A DNA stretch of 64,000 nucleotides, from assembly GCA_963793135.1 (NCBI GenBank), contig CAWBYX010000012.1, positions 65,928-129,927 on the forward strand, read 5' to 3'. Position 1 is the first letter of the stretch, and every line of letters starts with the position of its first letter. A program made the position numbers and the translations under genes. This DNA comes from an uncultured Verrucomicrobiae bacterium. Lineage in GTDB: Bacteria; Verrucomicrobiota; Verrucomicrobiia; Chthoniobacterales; JAFAMB01. Below are positions 38,161-46,347 of the stretch, piece by piece. The notes under the pieces were generated by a model. The model ran no database searches, was not told the DNA's origin, and saw only the letters and a list, made by a program, of their open reading frames with translations.

Positions 38161-38607
38161 CCTTCGTTTGGTATCGATGGAGATCGTGACGGGACCATCG
38201 TTGACAAGGTCGATCTGCATGTGTGCGCCAAAGACTCCGCGATGGACCGGTTTGGCCATCTCCATTTCGAGTTGTCGGCAGAATTCTTCGTAGAGCTTTA
38301 TGGCCTGGTCCGGAGCCGCTGCGGCGATGAACGAGGGCCGATTGCCTTTTCGCGTGCTGGCAAACAGCGTAAATTGGCTGACGACCAGGAGATCACCGGC
38401 AATCTCCCGCACGGAAAGATTCATGGCTCCGTTTTGATCCGGGAAGATGCGAAGGCGGGCAATCTTCCCGGCCAGCCAAACGATGTCATCTTGCGAATCT
38501 GTGGATTCAACGCCGAGGAGCACCAGCAGACCCTGGCCGATCTGACCGACAATCTCTTGTTCAACCTCCACAGAGGCCCGTCTGACGCGTTGGATAACGG
38601 AGCGCAT
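38155..38607 (-). CDS. dtd: D-aminoacyl-tRNA deacylase
   Basis: MRSVIQRVRRASVEV...GLLVLLGV...SQFTLFASTRKGNRPSF...GVFGAHMQIDLVNDGPVTI is full-length Dtd. Start at residue 47 of the track ORF. Confidence 0.9.
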   Translation of the reverse strand: MRSVIQRVRRASVEVEQEIVGQIGQGLLVLLGVESTDSQDDIVWLAGKIARLRIFPDQNGAMNLSVREIAGDLLVVSQFTLFASTRKGNRPSFIAAAAPDQAIKLYEEFCRQLEMEMAKPVHRGVFGAHMQIDLVNDGPVTISIDTKRRE

Positions 38608-38615
38608 GGGGCGGG

Positions 38616-38721
38616 CAGTTGTCAGTGTCAGTTGGGACAAAAGAGCCCTCGGGGCGGATGCCCTCCCTACACTGACAACTGATAACTGGCACTGACTACC
38701 GACACCGACACTGACAACTAG
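38616..38721. repeat. opposed 6-7-nt arrays (cagttgt cagtgt cagttgg / actgaca actgata actggc actgact accgaca ccgaca ctgaca) in a divergent promoter region
   Basis: Read directly; left arm 38616-38636, right arm 38671-38721, core contains gcggatgccctccctac. Confidence 0.8.
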
Positions 38722-38753
38722 TCGGTTCGCGTGTAGGATGTCCACTCTGACGC

Positions 38754-39554
38754 ATGGACTTTTTAATTGTTTTGCTTCTCGCTTTACTCGTCGGGGTCAG
38801 TGGTGCGGTCTACTTTCGGATATTCCGGCTGATCTACGTACAGAATGGCGGGAAAGTCATTGCCAGTGAGTTTACCCGCACGGATGGGTATCTTGCTCTT
38901 GGCTGCCTGACGCTGTTTGCCCTTCAATGCGTGCAAAGTCTTCAAGGGAAGGGGAGAGCACTCCCTGCCACCATTGATACCGGTCTATTGGTTGTGGTGC
39001 AGCTCGGCTTCTGGCTGTTCGTGATTGGAACGATCCTGGTTTCTCTGCTTCTGCGTCGAATGCGTCCGGCGGAACTTTTTGGGTTCGACCGCCTCGGCTT
39101 TACGAAAGTTTTTCTCTGGGGAGCAGGGTTATTACTTTCTGCGCTCCCACTGATCTTCGCGAGCAGCGCAGTGGTCTCCAGCTTGATGCACGTCAATTCG
39201 CAGAAGGATTCGCAGCCTATCATGCAATTGTTTGAACGGGCCGGTGAGCCGGCCAAGCGGATCCCAATTATTATTTTGGCCATTGTCATAGCGCCGCTCG
39301 CGGAAGAGTTTTTCTTTCGCGGTTTCTTATATGGAGTTCTGAAGAGGTATGCAGGAGCGCTCCCTGCTCTAGTGTTTACCGGGGTTGCGTTTGCGCTCAT
39401 TCATCTTCACGTCCCTTCCTTGTTGCCGCTATTTCTATTGGCCTGCGTTTTGACGCTTGCTTACGAATTGTCGGGCTCGCTGCTGGTGCCGATGGCCATG
39501 CACGCGCTCTTCAATGCGATTACTCTGGTCGGCGTCTTTTTTACCAGTCGATGA
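38754..39554 (+). CDS. CPBP family intramembrane glutamic endopeptidase (CAAX protease/Abi)
   Basis: Motifs APLAEEFFFRGFLY, FALIHL and HALFNA in a polytopic membrane protein. Confidence 0.85.
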   Translation: MDFLIVLLLALLVGVSGAVYFRIFRLIYVQNGGKVIASEFTRTDGYLALGCLTLFALQCVQSLQGKGRALPATIDTGLLVVVQLGFWLFVIGTILVSLLLRRMRPAELFGFDRLGFTKVFLWGAGLLLSALPLIFASSAVVSSLMHVNSQKDSQPIMQLFERAGEPAKRIPIIILAIVIAPLAEEFFFRGFLYGVLKRYAGALPALVFTGVAFALIHLHVPSLLPLFLLACVLTLAYELSGSLLVPMAMHALFNAITLVGVFFTSR

Positions 39555-40429
39555 AGCTGAGCGAACTCGGAGAAGACGTTGTCGTCACGGGATTGACTCG
39601 GTCGCTCCGTCTCGATGACCGGGTCAAGTTGGGACCGGGCGATGATTGTGCTGTGGTGGAGACGGCAGGACGCTTGCAGCTTTTGAAGTCGGACTGCGTG
39701 GTCGAAGGAATTCATTTTTTGCCGGAGGCCGATCCGAAATGGATTGGCTGGAAAGCGATGTGCCGATCGATTAGCGACATCGCGGCGATGGGAGGAATGC
39801 CGTTGGACGCGCTCGTTACTGTGGCGGTTCGGCCCGAAACGGAGTTCGCCTGGTTGAAACGGGTGTATACAGGTCTGGCGGCGGCTGCCAACGTCTATCA
39901 GGTCAATCTAGTGGGTGGTGAGACCGCAAAATCGCCCGGTCCATTCTTTCTATCGGTCGCCCTGACTGGAACGGTCGAACGTGGGAGGTACGTTGGGCGC
40001 TTCGGCGGGCGAAAGGGCGATTGGTTGTTTGTCACTGGAAAACTGGGAGGTTCGATCGGTGGCAGGCACCTGCGATTCCGGCCTCGGGTCGCTGAAGCGC
40101 GCTGGTTGGTCAGTCGGTTCCCTATTCATGCGATGATGGACCTGAGCGACGGGCTGGCAAGTGATCTTCCCCGCCTGGCAAAGGCCAGTCGTCTCGGATT
40201 TGAGGTTGATTTGGCGGCTCTTCCTCTTCAGCCGGGGGCCAGCCAAGAAAATGGATTGCGAGACGGAGAGGACTACGAACTGCTTTTTGCTCTTCCGGCA
40301 GCGGCGAAAAAGCGATTGGAGACAGAGTGGCGGAGGAAGTTCCCGCGTTTGCGTTTAACGGCGATTGGCAGACTTGTCGAAAATGGCAGGACCCATTTTT
40401 TGGGGAAAGGCTATGATCATTTCGGGTGA
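39551..40429 (+). CDS. thiL: thiamine-monophosphate kinase
   Basis: LGPGDDCAVV, SDCVVEGIHF, KAMCRSISDIAAMGG, LVGGET pattern of ThiL/AIR-synthase-related proteins. Confidence 0.85.
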   Translation: MKLSELGEDVVVTGLTRSLRLDDRVKLGPGDDCAVVETAGRLQLLKSDCVVEGIHFLPEADPKWIGWKAMCRSISDIAAMGGMPLDALVTVAVRPETEFAWLKRVYTGLAAAANVYQVNLVGGETAKSPGPFFLSVALTGTVERGRYVGRFGGRKGDWLFVTGKLGGSIGGRHLRFRPRVAEARWLVSRFPIHAMMDLSDGLASDLPRLAKASRLGFEVDLAALPLQPGASQENGLRDGEDYELLFALPAAAKKRLETEWRRKFPRLRLTAIGRLVENGRTHFLGKGYDHFG

Positions 40430-40854
40430 AGAAGACAGGAGCACGGATGCGCCGCATTTCCAACAGCCCCGAAGAAACCCGGCTGATCGGTTCGGAAATT
40501 ATCAGAGACACGCCGACGGCAACGGTCTTGAGCCTGATCGGTGATCTCGGCTCCGGAAAAACGGAGTTTGTCAAAGGGCTTGCTCTCGGGCTCGGAATCG
40601 ACGCCGAAGTCACAAGTCCCACTTTTACCATTATTCATGAATACAGAGGAGGTCGATGCCCTCTTTTCCATATGGATTTCTATCGTCTTCTTGAAGAACG
40701 GGAACTGGAGGAAATCGGATTCGACGAGTATCTGCGGGCGGGCGGCATTTGCGCGATTGAGTGGGGCGACAAATTTCCAAGCCGTTTACCACGTGAGGCG
40801 ATCAAGGTTTCTTTCCGGGTGAACGACGATGATACTAGGGAGATCGCCTGGTGA
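40426..40854 (+). CDS. tsaE: tRNA t6A biosynthesis ATPase TsaE
   Basis: LIGDLGSGKTEFVKGL, VTSPTFTIIHEY, HMDFYRL. Start is either GTG 40426 (GTGA overlap with thiL) or ATG 40447. Confidence 0.85.
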   Translation: MKKTGARMRRISNSPEETRLIGSEIIRDTPTATVLSLIGDLGSGKTEFVKGLALGLGIDAEVTSPTFTIIHEYRGGRCPLFHMDFYRLLEERELEEIGFDEYLRAGGICAIEWGDKFPSRLPREAIKVSFRVNDDDTREIAW

Positions 40855-41417
40855 AAAGCCTGCTGATCGAGAACTCAACGGAGCACGGAACCGTAGCAGT
40901 CGCCGGTGAAGGAGAAATCCTGGTACGCCGTGAGTTTTCCAAGGCTGGTGAGCTCGCGATGGCGATCCAGGAGGTATTTTCCATTCTTGGCGCTCCGGAC
41001 GAGATTATCGTCGGGATTGGTCCGGGTTCCTACACCGGGTTGCGGGTAGCCTCGGCAACGGCTATCGGGATGCAATTGGCGCTTGGTTGTCCAGCGTTCG
41101 GGTGTCCGTCCGTTTTCGGCTATCAGACCGACTCCTACCATGTGGTGGGCGACGCCCGGCTGGGCACGGTTTTTCTGGCCAGCGTCGAAGATAGACTATT
41201 AACCCGCGGTCCGGAATTGCTGGCGTTAGAAGAATTTCGATCTTTGCGTTCGAGATTGGGCGATCGACCCACTTTTGCGATCGGACCGGTTCCGGGTTTT
41301 ACCGACTTGCTCATCGTTCGTCCTGAAGCGGAATACCTCATTCAATGCCGGGCGAGCTTCACTCACTCTCTGGAGCCGCTTTATCTGAAGGACCCCCACA
41401 TTACTAAACGCGTTTAG
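40851..41417 (+). CDS. tsaB: tRNA t6A biosynthesis protein TsaB
   Basis: IVGIGPGSYTGLRVASATAIGMQLALG is the TsaB signature. Confidence 0.8.
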   Translation: MKSLLIENSTEHGTVAVAGEGEILVRREFSKAGELAMAIQEVFSILGAPDEIIVGIGPGSYTGLRVASATAIGMQLALGCPAFGCPSVFGYQTDSYHVVGDARLGTVFLASVEDRLLTRGPELLALEEFRSLRSRLGDRPTFAIGPVPGFTDLLIVRPEAEYLIQCRASFTHSLEPLYLKDPHITKRV

Positions 41418-41463
41418 CGTTCAGCGTTCGGCGTTCAGGGTTCAGCGTTCGGCGTTCGGGGCG
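41415..41463. repeat. tandem heptamer array YRGCGTT, 7 units
   Basis: tagcgtt cagcgtt cggcgtt cagggtt cagcgtt cggcgtt cggggcg; begins at the tsaB stop codon. Confidence 0.85.
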
Positions 41464-41550
41464 CTCGGCTGTGCAGTCAGGACAGGTCGGCAGAGTCTGC
41501 GAGGCTGTCGATCATCTGCGTCAGAGGAAGCAAGAAGCGGGTCGTGACGT

Positions 41551-41594
41551 GAACGAAGGCGCCGCCGAACGCTGAAGGTCGAACGCTTCACGCG
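41551..41594. repeat. degenerate complementary array (GAACGCT-type)
   Basis: gaacgaa ggcgccgcc gaacgct gaaggtc gaacgct tcacgcg; faces 41415-41463 across 87 nt. Confidence 0.6.
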
Positions 41595-41637
41595 ACACTC
41601 GACGAGAAGCGGCTGGCCGTGTATTGGTGCAGGCGCC

Positions 41638-42927
41638 ATGAAAATCGTCGTTGCCTACTCTGGAGGACTTGATACGTCGGTGATCCTGAAATGGATTAAG
41701 GATACCTACGCTGCCGAGGTCGTTGCGTTCTGTGCTGATATCGGTCAGGAAGAGGAACTTGAGGGACTCGAAGAGAAGGCTCTTCGCACCGGAGCGTCCA
41801 AGTGTTACGTGGACGATTTGCAAGAGGAGTTTGCCCGCGATTTTATTTTTCCGATGTTCCAGGCATCGGCGCTTTATGAGAACCAATATTTTCTTGGAAC
41901 GAGTATCGCGCGACCGCTGATCGCAAAACGGATGGTCGATATTGCTCGTGCCGAAGGGGCGGAAGCAGTAGCGCACGGAGCAACAGGCAAAGGCAACGAC
42001 CAGGTTCGGTTCGAGCTCACGGTCGCCGCGTTAGCGCCCGAAATACAAGTGCTTGCACCCTGGCGACTCGAAGGTTTTCGGGAACAGTTTCCCGGCCGCG
42101 CCGAAATGATCCAGTACGCAGAGCAACAGGGTATTCCGGTGACTGCCAGTGCTAAAAAGCCGTATTCGATGGACCGCAATCTCCTCCATATCAGTTTTGA
42201 AAGCGGTGTTTTGGAGGACCCTTGGGTCGACGCTACGGGTCCGGAGCTGCGTGATATGTACAAGTTGAGCGTTGCACCGGAGGACGCTCCGGATCTTCCC
42301 GAGCACCTGGAGCTGGAATTTGAGCAAGGGTTATGTGTCGCGCTCGGCCACAAAAATTTGCCAGGCTTGCTCGACCAACTCGGTTTTCTGGGCGACCTCC
42401 GCGAAACGGCGGAACACCGTATTCATCTTTCTCCGTTGTGGATCATGAAGGTATTGAATCTTCTAGGGGGTCGGAACGGTGTCGGAAGAGTGGATTTGGT
42501 GGAGAATCGGTTCGTTGGAATGAAGAGTCGCGGAGTTTATGAAACGCCGGGCGGCACTATCTTGTTTTTCGCCCATCGGCAGATTGAGTCGCTGACCATG
42601 GATCGCGAAGTGATGCATCTGCGTGACTCGCTCGGTCCGAAGTACGCGGAGCTGGTCTATAACGGATTCTGGTTCGCGCCTGAACGCGAGGCTCTCCAGG
42701 CGTTGGTTGCAGAATCGCAGAAAAACGTTACCGGAGTCGTTCGAGTCAAGCTCTACAAAGGGAACGTGGCTGTGGCTGGACGCAAGAGCCCGGTAAGCCT
42801 TTACAGCCCGGATATCGCCACGATGGAGGCTGATCCGACCAAGGCGTATAACCAGTCCGATGCGACCGGTTTTATCGCACTGAACGCGCTTCGTCTCAAG
42901 GTTGCTGCGAGAGTTCAGAGATCCTGA
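41638..42927 (+). CDS. argG: argininosuccinate synthase
   Basis: [53 protein letters not shown]; 429 aa including an extra segment (see findings). Confidence 0.95.
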   Translation: MKIVVAYSGGLDTSVILKWIKDTYAAEVVAFCADIGQEEELEGLEEKALRTGASKCYVDDLQEEFARDFIFPMFQASALYENQYFLGTSIARPLIAKRMVDIARAEGAEAVAHGATGKGNDQVRFELTVAALAPEIQVLAPWRLEGFREQFPGRAEMIQYAEQQGIPVTASAKKPYSMDRNLLHISFESGVLEDPWVDATGPELRDMYKLSVAPEDAPDLPEHLELEFEQGLCVALGHKNLPGLLDQLGFLGDLRETAEHRIHLSPLWIMKVLNLLGGRNGVGRVDLVENRFVGMKSRGVYETPGGTILFFAHRQIESLTMDREVMHLRDSLGPKYAELVYNGFWFAPEREALQALVAESQKNVTGVVRVKLYKGNVAVAGRKSPVSLYSPDIATMEADPTKAYNQSDATGFIALNALRLKVAARVQRS

Positions 42928-43100
42928 AAGGCGACCCTTTGGGCCGCCGGAGGCAAAGCAGGGACGCTTCGCTTACATCGCCCCTGAGCTGAGATTCGGG
43001 GGCGTAACGTTCTTGACTGGATTGCGATGAGCTGACAAGAGTCAGAGCTGCTGCGGCGGGTCCAAGGCAATCGCACCCAAAAACCTAAACCGTTCCCCCT

Positions 43101-43925
43101 ATGACTACTCTTGGAATCCTGCCACGCTGGTGGATTACGGTGGCTGCCTTGACTATCTCGGCTATCCTGTTGTCTCCCTTCTACTGGGTGCTGGTCGGCA
43201 GCTTCATGACCCCAGCAGAGCTTTTCGGCGGACACATGTCGCTTTGGCCGAAGCACTTTGTCATTGAGAACTGGTCCGTCGCCTTGAGCCGCCTGTGGCC
43301 GCACATTCAAAATAGTCTTCTGGTCAGCGCAGTGGCATCCGTCGGCACCCTCCTGATCACCGCGCCGGCCGCTTATGGCTTGGTGTGGAGGAAACCACTG
43401 GGGCGCCAATCCCTTTTGGCGTTCATGTTGATGACCCAAATGCTGCCAGCGATCGTTTTTGTGATCCCGTTATTCATCGTATTCACCCAGATCAACCTGG
43501 TGAATACGCTGGGCGGCCTGATCCTGGCCGACATGACATTTACCGTTCCCTTCGCCCTGATCATGCTCTCCGCCTACATGAAGGACTTGCCTTACGAGTT
43601 GGTCGAAGCAGCGCTGGTCGACGGGGCAGGCCAATTGCGGGCATTTATGATGATCGTCCTACCCATGACGCTGCCGGGTCTGATCACCGTCGGTGTTTTC
43701 AGTTTCCTGATTCCCTGGGGGGACCTCATATTTGCTTTGAGCCTGATCACCGATGCAAGCTTGCAGCCATTAACGCTTGAGCTCTACAAGGCCTTCGGTC
43801 AATACGGAATAGATTGGGGATTCCTGTTGCCAGGAAGCGTTCTGACGGCCATTCCGGCCGTGATTTTCGTCATCGCGGCCAGCCGGTTCATCGTGGCAGG
43901 TGTGACCCGCGGCGCCATCAAATGA
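43101..43925 (+). CDS. carbohydrate ABC transporter permease (MalG-like)
   Basis: Six TM segments and the EAA loop EAALVDGAGQLRAFMMIVLPMTLPG. Confidence 0.9.
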   Translation: MTTLGILPRWWITVAALTISAILLSPFYWVLVGSFMTPAELFGGHMSLWPKHFVIENWSVALSRLWPHIQNSLLVSAVASVGTLLITAPAAYGLVWRKPLGRQSLLAFMLMTQMLPAIVFVIPLFIVFTQINLVNTLGGLILADMTFTVPFALIMLSAYMKDLPYELVEAALVDGAGQLRAFMMIVLPMTLPGLITVGVFSFLIPWGDLIFALSLITDASLQPLTLELYKAFGQYGIDWGFLLPGSVLTAIPAVIFVIAASRFIVAGVTRGAIK

Positions 43926-44008
43926 TCGAGAAACGCCGATGAGCGCCCACGCGAAACCCCCAATTGAGAAGGAGAGCAAAGCCGGCGTCACGGAGCAATC
44001 CCGGTCGG

Positions 44009-44878
44009 ATGCCAAGAAAGGCGCGTTTCGACACCTCTCCGTACCTGTTCATACTGCCCTTCGTCCTTTTCTGCCTTGCGCTGCTGCTTTACCCGGTCGT
44101 CTACAGTTTGACGTTGAGTTTTCGGTTAGCCACCGTTGACACCTTTGTCAGCGGAGACATGCCGTTCAACGGGCTGACTCAGTACCAAGCCGCCGTCACC
44201 GACCCGATTTTTTGGAAAGCGGTCCTCAACACCATCCTCTTCGCCTTTTTTAGCATTCTGTTCCAATTTTCCATCGGTTTTCTCTTGGCGCTCTTATTTC
44301 AGCTCGATTTTCCCCTCAAAAATTTTTGCCTCGCCTTGCTGCTGATACCGTGGGTCTCGCCCGTTCTGACGGCCGCAAACATTTTTAAGGGTCTGTTCAA
44401 TGAGATTGGTCCGGTGAATCAGATTCTCCATCTGATTGGCGTGGGCTCATTCCCCTGGTTGGCGGATCCGAGATTCGCATTTCCCGCTACCATCGTGGCG
44501 AATATCTGGATCGGTTTTCCTTTCAATTTCATCCTGCTGTACGCTGGAATGCGAAGCATTCCGGTCGAGGTCTACGAGGCGGCGAAAATTGACGGTGCAC
44601 GTTTCTGGACGCGGGTAGCATTCATTACCTTGCCGATGCTGAAACCGGTCTCGGTGGCGGTCCTGACGCTCGGTACCATCTACACCGTGAAGGTCTTTGA
44701 TCTGGTGTTCATTATGACGGGCGGCGGCCCTGCGAACGGGACCCAACTCTTGTCCACTTACGCTTACCAGGTGGGCTTCTCGGTTTTGAACTTTGGAGAG
44801 GCCGCCGCTATCGCGACCCTGATGGTCCTGTTGGTGCTTCTGCTGAACCTCGTGCAGCTGCTTTTACAGCGAAAGTGA
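44009..44878 (+). CDS. carbohydrate ABC transporter permease (MalF-like)
   Basis: EAA loop YEAAKIDGARFWTRVAFITLPMLKP. ATG 44009 preferred over TTG 43964. Confidence 0.9.
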   Translation: MPRKARFDTSPYLFILPFVLFCLALLLYPVVYSLTLSFRLATVDTFVSGDMPFNGLTQYQAAVTDPIFWKAVLNTILFAFFSILFQFSIGFLLALLFQLDFPLKNFCLALLLIPWVSPVLTAANIFKGLFNEIGPVNQILHLIGVGSFPWLADPRFAFPATIVANIWIGFPFNFILLYAGMRSIPVEVYEAAKIDGARFWTRVAFITLPMLKPVSVAVLTLGTIYTVKVFDLVFIMTGGGPANGTQLLSTYAYQVGFSVLNFGEAAAIATLMVLLVLLLNLVQLLLQRK

Positions 44879-44889
44879 GGGGGCGGAGG

Positions 44890-44931
44890 CAGGAGTCAGA
44901 AGTCAGGAGTCAGGAGTCAGGAGTCAGAATG
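44890..44931. repeat. tandem heptamer array CAGGAGT, 6 units
   Basis: caggagt cagaagt caggagt caggagt caggagt cagaatg read directly, 12 nt after the permease stop. Confidence 0.9.
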
Positions 44932-44980
44932 GGAAGGCTCATAGCCGGATCCCGACCCAAAGAGCGGATAGCCGCCTTCT

Positions 44981-45027
44981 ATTCTGCAACTCCTGAACTC
45001 CTGCAACTCCTAACTCCTGAACTCCTG
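44981..45027. repeat. complementary array of AACTCCTG-type 7-9-nt units
   Basis: attctg caactcctg aactcctg caactcc taactcctg aactcctg; ends 3 nt before the SBP stop codon. Confidence 0.85.
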
Positions 45028-45029
45028 AT

Positions 45030-46274
45030 TTATTTAGCCAAAATCGTCTTAATCTTTTCGGCTGCCTCCTTGAGCGCGGTTTCGGCGGTAGCCTGCCCCG
45101 TGAGAGCGCGCTGAATGGCGGTTCGGGCCGCCAAAGAGATCTCTGGGTACTTCGCCCCACCGTCTTGCGATCTGGCTTTCGCGGTGGCCATTTGATCCAC
45201 GAAGGGCAGTAACTCAGGATTAGCTTCGCCCTGCTGCTTGGCGACACTCTGGATCGACGAGATGTAGTTGAACGTATCGCAGATCTTCCGCAGGCGGCTT
45301 GGTTCCTGCGTGAATTGAACGAACTTCACCGCCGCCGCTTCGACTTTGGGGTTGCCCTTCAGGACGCACCAGACCTCACCGCCGAGCGGGACAACGGGTT
45401 TAGAACCCTCTTTCGGTACGGGAATTGTCACAATCCCGAAATCAACCCCGCTCTTCTTGACGTTTGCGAGCTGCCAAGGCCCCATCACCATCGTGGCGGC
45501 GCGCCCGCTGATAAACTCGTTAGGAACGTCGCCCTGGTTCCAATTGACCACATCTTTGGAGGCTAAGCCTTTTTTGACCCAGTCGACCCAAAGTTCCAGC
45601 GCAACCTTCGCATTTGGCGACGCGAGATCGCTTAAGCTGCCGCCGTTACTCCAAAGGAATGGCTCCCACTGCCAGGTGGCTTCCTCCGTATTAACCGCCG
45701 AGAAGGCGATGCCATAGACCGGGGTTTTGGTGGTCTTGGTTGCGGTCTCAGTCAGTTGGTCCCAGGTTTGGGGTGGAGCAGAGACACCGCCATCGGTCAG
45801 CAGCTTCTTATTATAATAGAGAGCGAGGCTATTGCTGCCGATCGGCACACCGTACACCTTGCTGCCGTCCGAGACCGCCGCTTTGGGGCCAGGATAGATA
45901 TCACTCCAAAGCTCAATCTTGGCGACATCGGCGGAGATATCCTTGAGAATGCCGGCTTTAGCGACCCGCAGGACATCGGGGTTATCGATCGCCGAAATGG
46001 CCGGCGGTTTGTGCACGGCTGCCATCTGGAGCGTGCGGCTGACCAGTTCGCCAAATGGCACATAGGTGAAATGAAGTTTAATGTCGGGGTTGGCGGCTTC
46101 AAAGTCCTTTTGCAATTGACCTAAGGCATCGATCTGACCTTGCACATTAAAGTAGTGCACAATTTCGACAGTGGTCTCTTCGGCTCGCGTCTGGGCAAGC
46201 CCGAGAGCCGCAAGGGCGGAACCGAGCAGGATCAACTGGCGGAACCGCAGTTTGAGTTTGGTATGACTTTTCAT
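45030..46274 (-). CDS. ABC transporter extracellular solute-binding protein (family 1, sugar type)
   Basis: Signal peptide MKSHTKLKLRFRQLILLGSALAALGLAQTRA and an SBP_bac_1-like body. Start at residue 22 of the track ORF. Confidence 0.85.
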   Translation of the reverse strand: MKSHTKLKLRFRQLILLGSALAALGLAQTRAEETTVEIVHYFNVQGQIDALGQLQKDFEAANPDIKLHFTYVPFGELVSRTLQMAAVHKPPAISAIDNPDVLRVAKAGILKDISADVAKIELWSDIYPGPKAAVSDGSKVYGVPIGSNSLALYYNKKLLTDGGVSAPPQTWDQLTETATKTTKTPVYGIAFSAVNTEEATWQWEPFLWSNGGSLSDLASPNAKVALELWVDWVKKGLASKDVVNWNQGDVPNEFISGRAATMVMGPWQLANVKKSGVDFGIVTIPVPKEGSKPVVPLGGEVWCVLKGNPKVEAAAVKFVQFTQEPSRLRKICDTFNYISSIQSVAKQQGEANPELLPFVDQMATAKARSQDGGAKYPEISLAARTAIQRALTGQATAETALKEAAEKIKTILAK

Positions 46275-46347
46275 TGGATTTACTTGGGGTTGTGGGGGGG
46301 AGAGATTTGAGGGAACGAGTTCTGAGCCTAATGGCACTGTGACCGGC

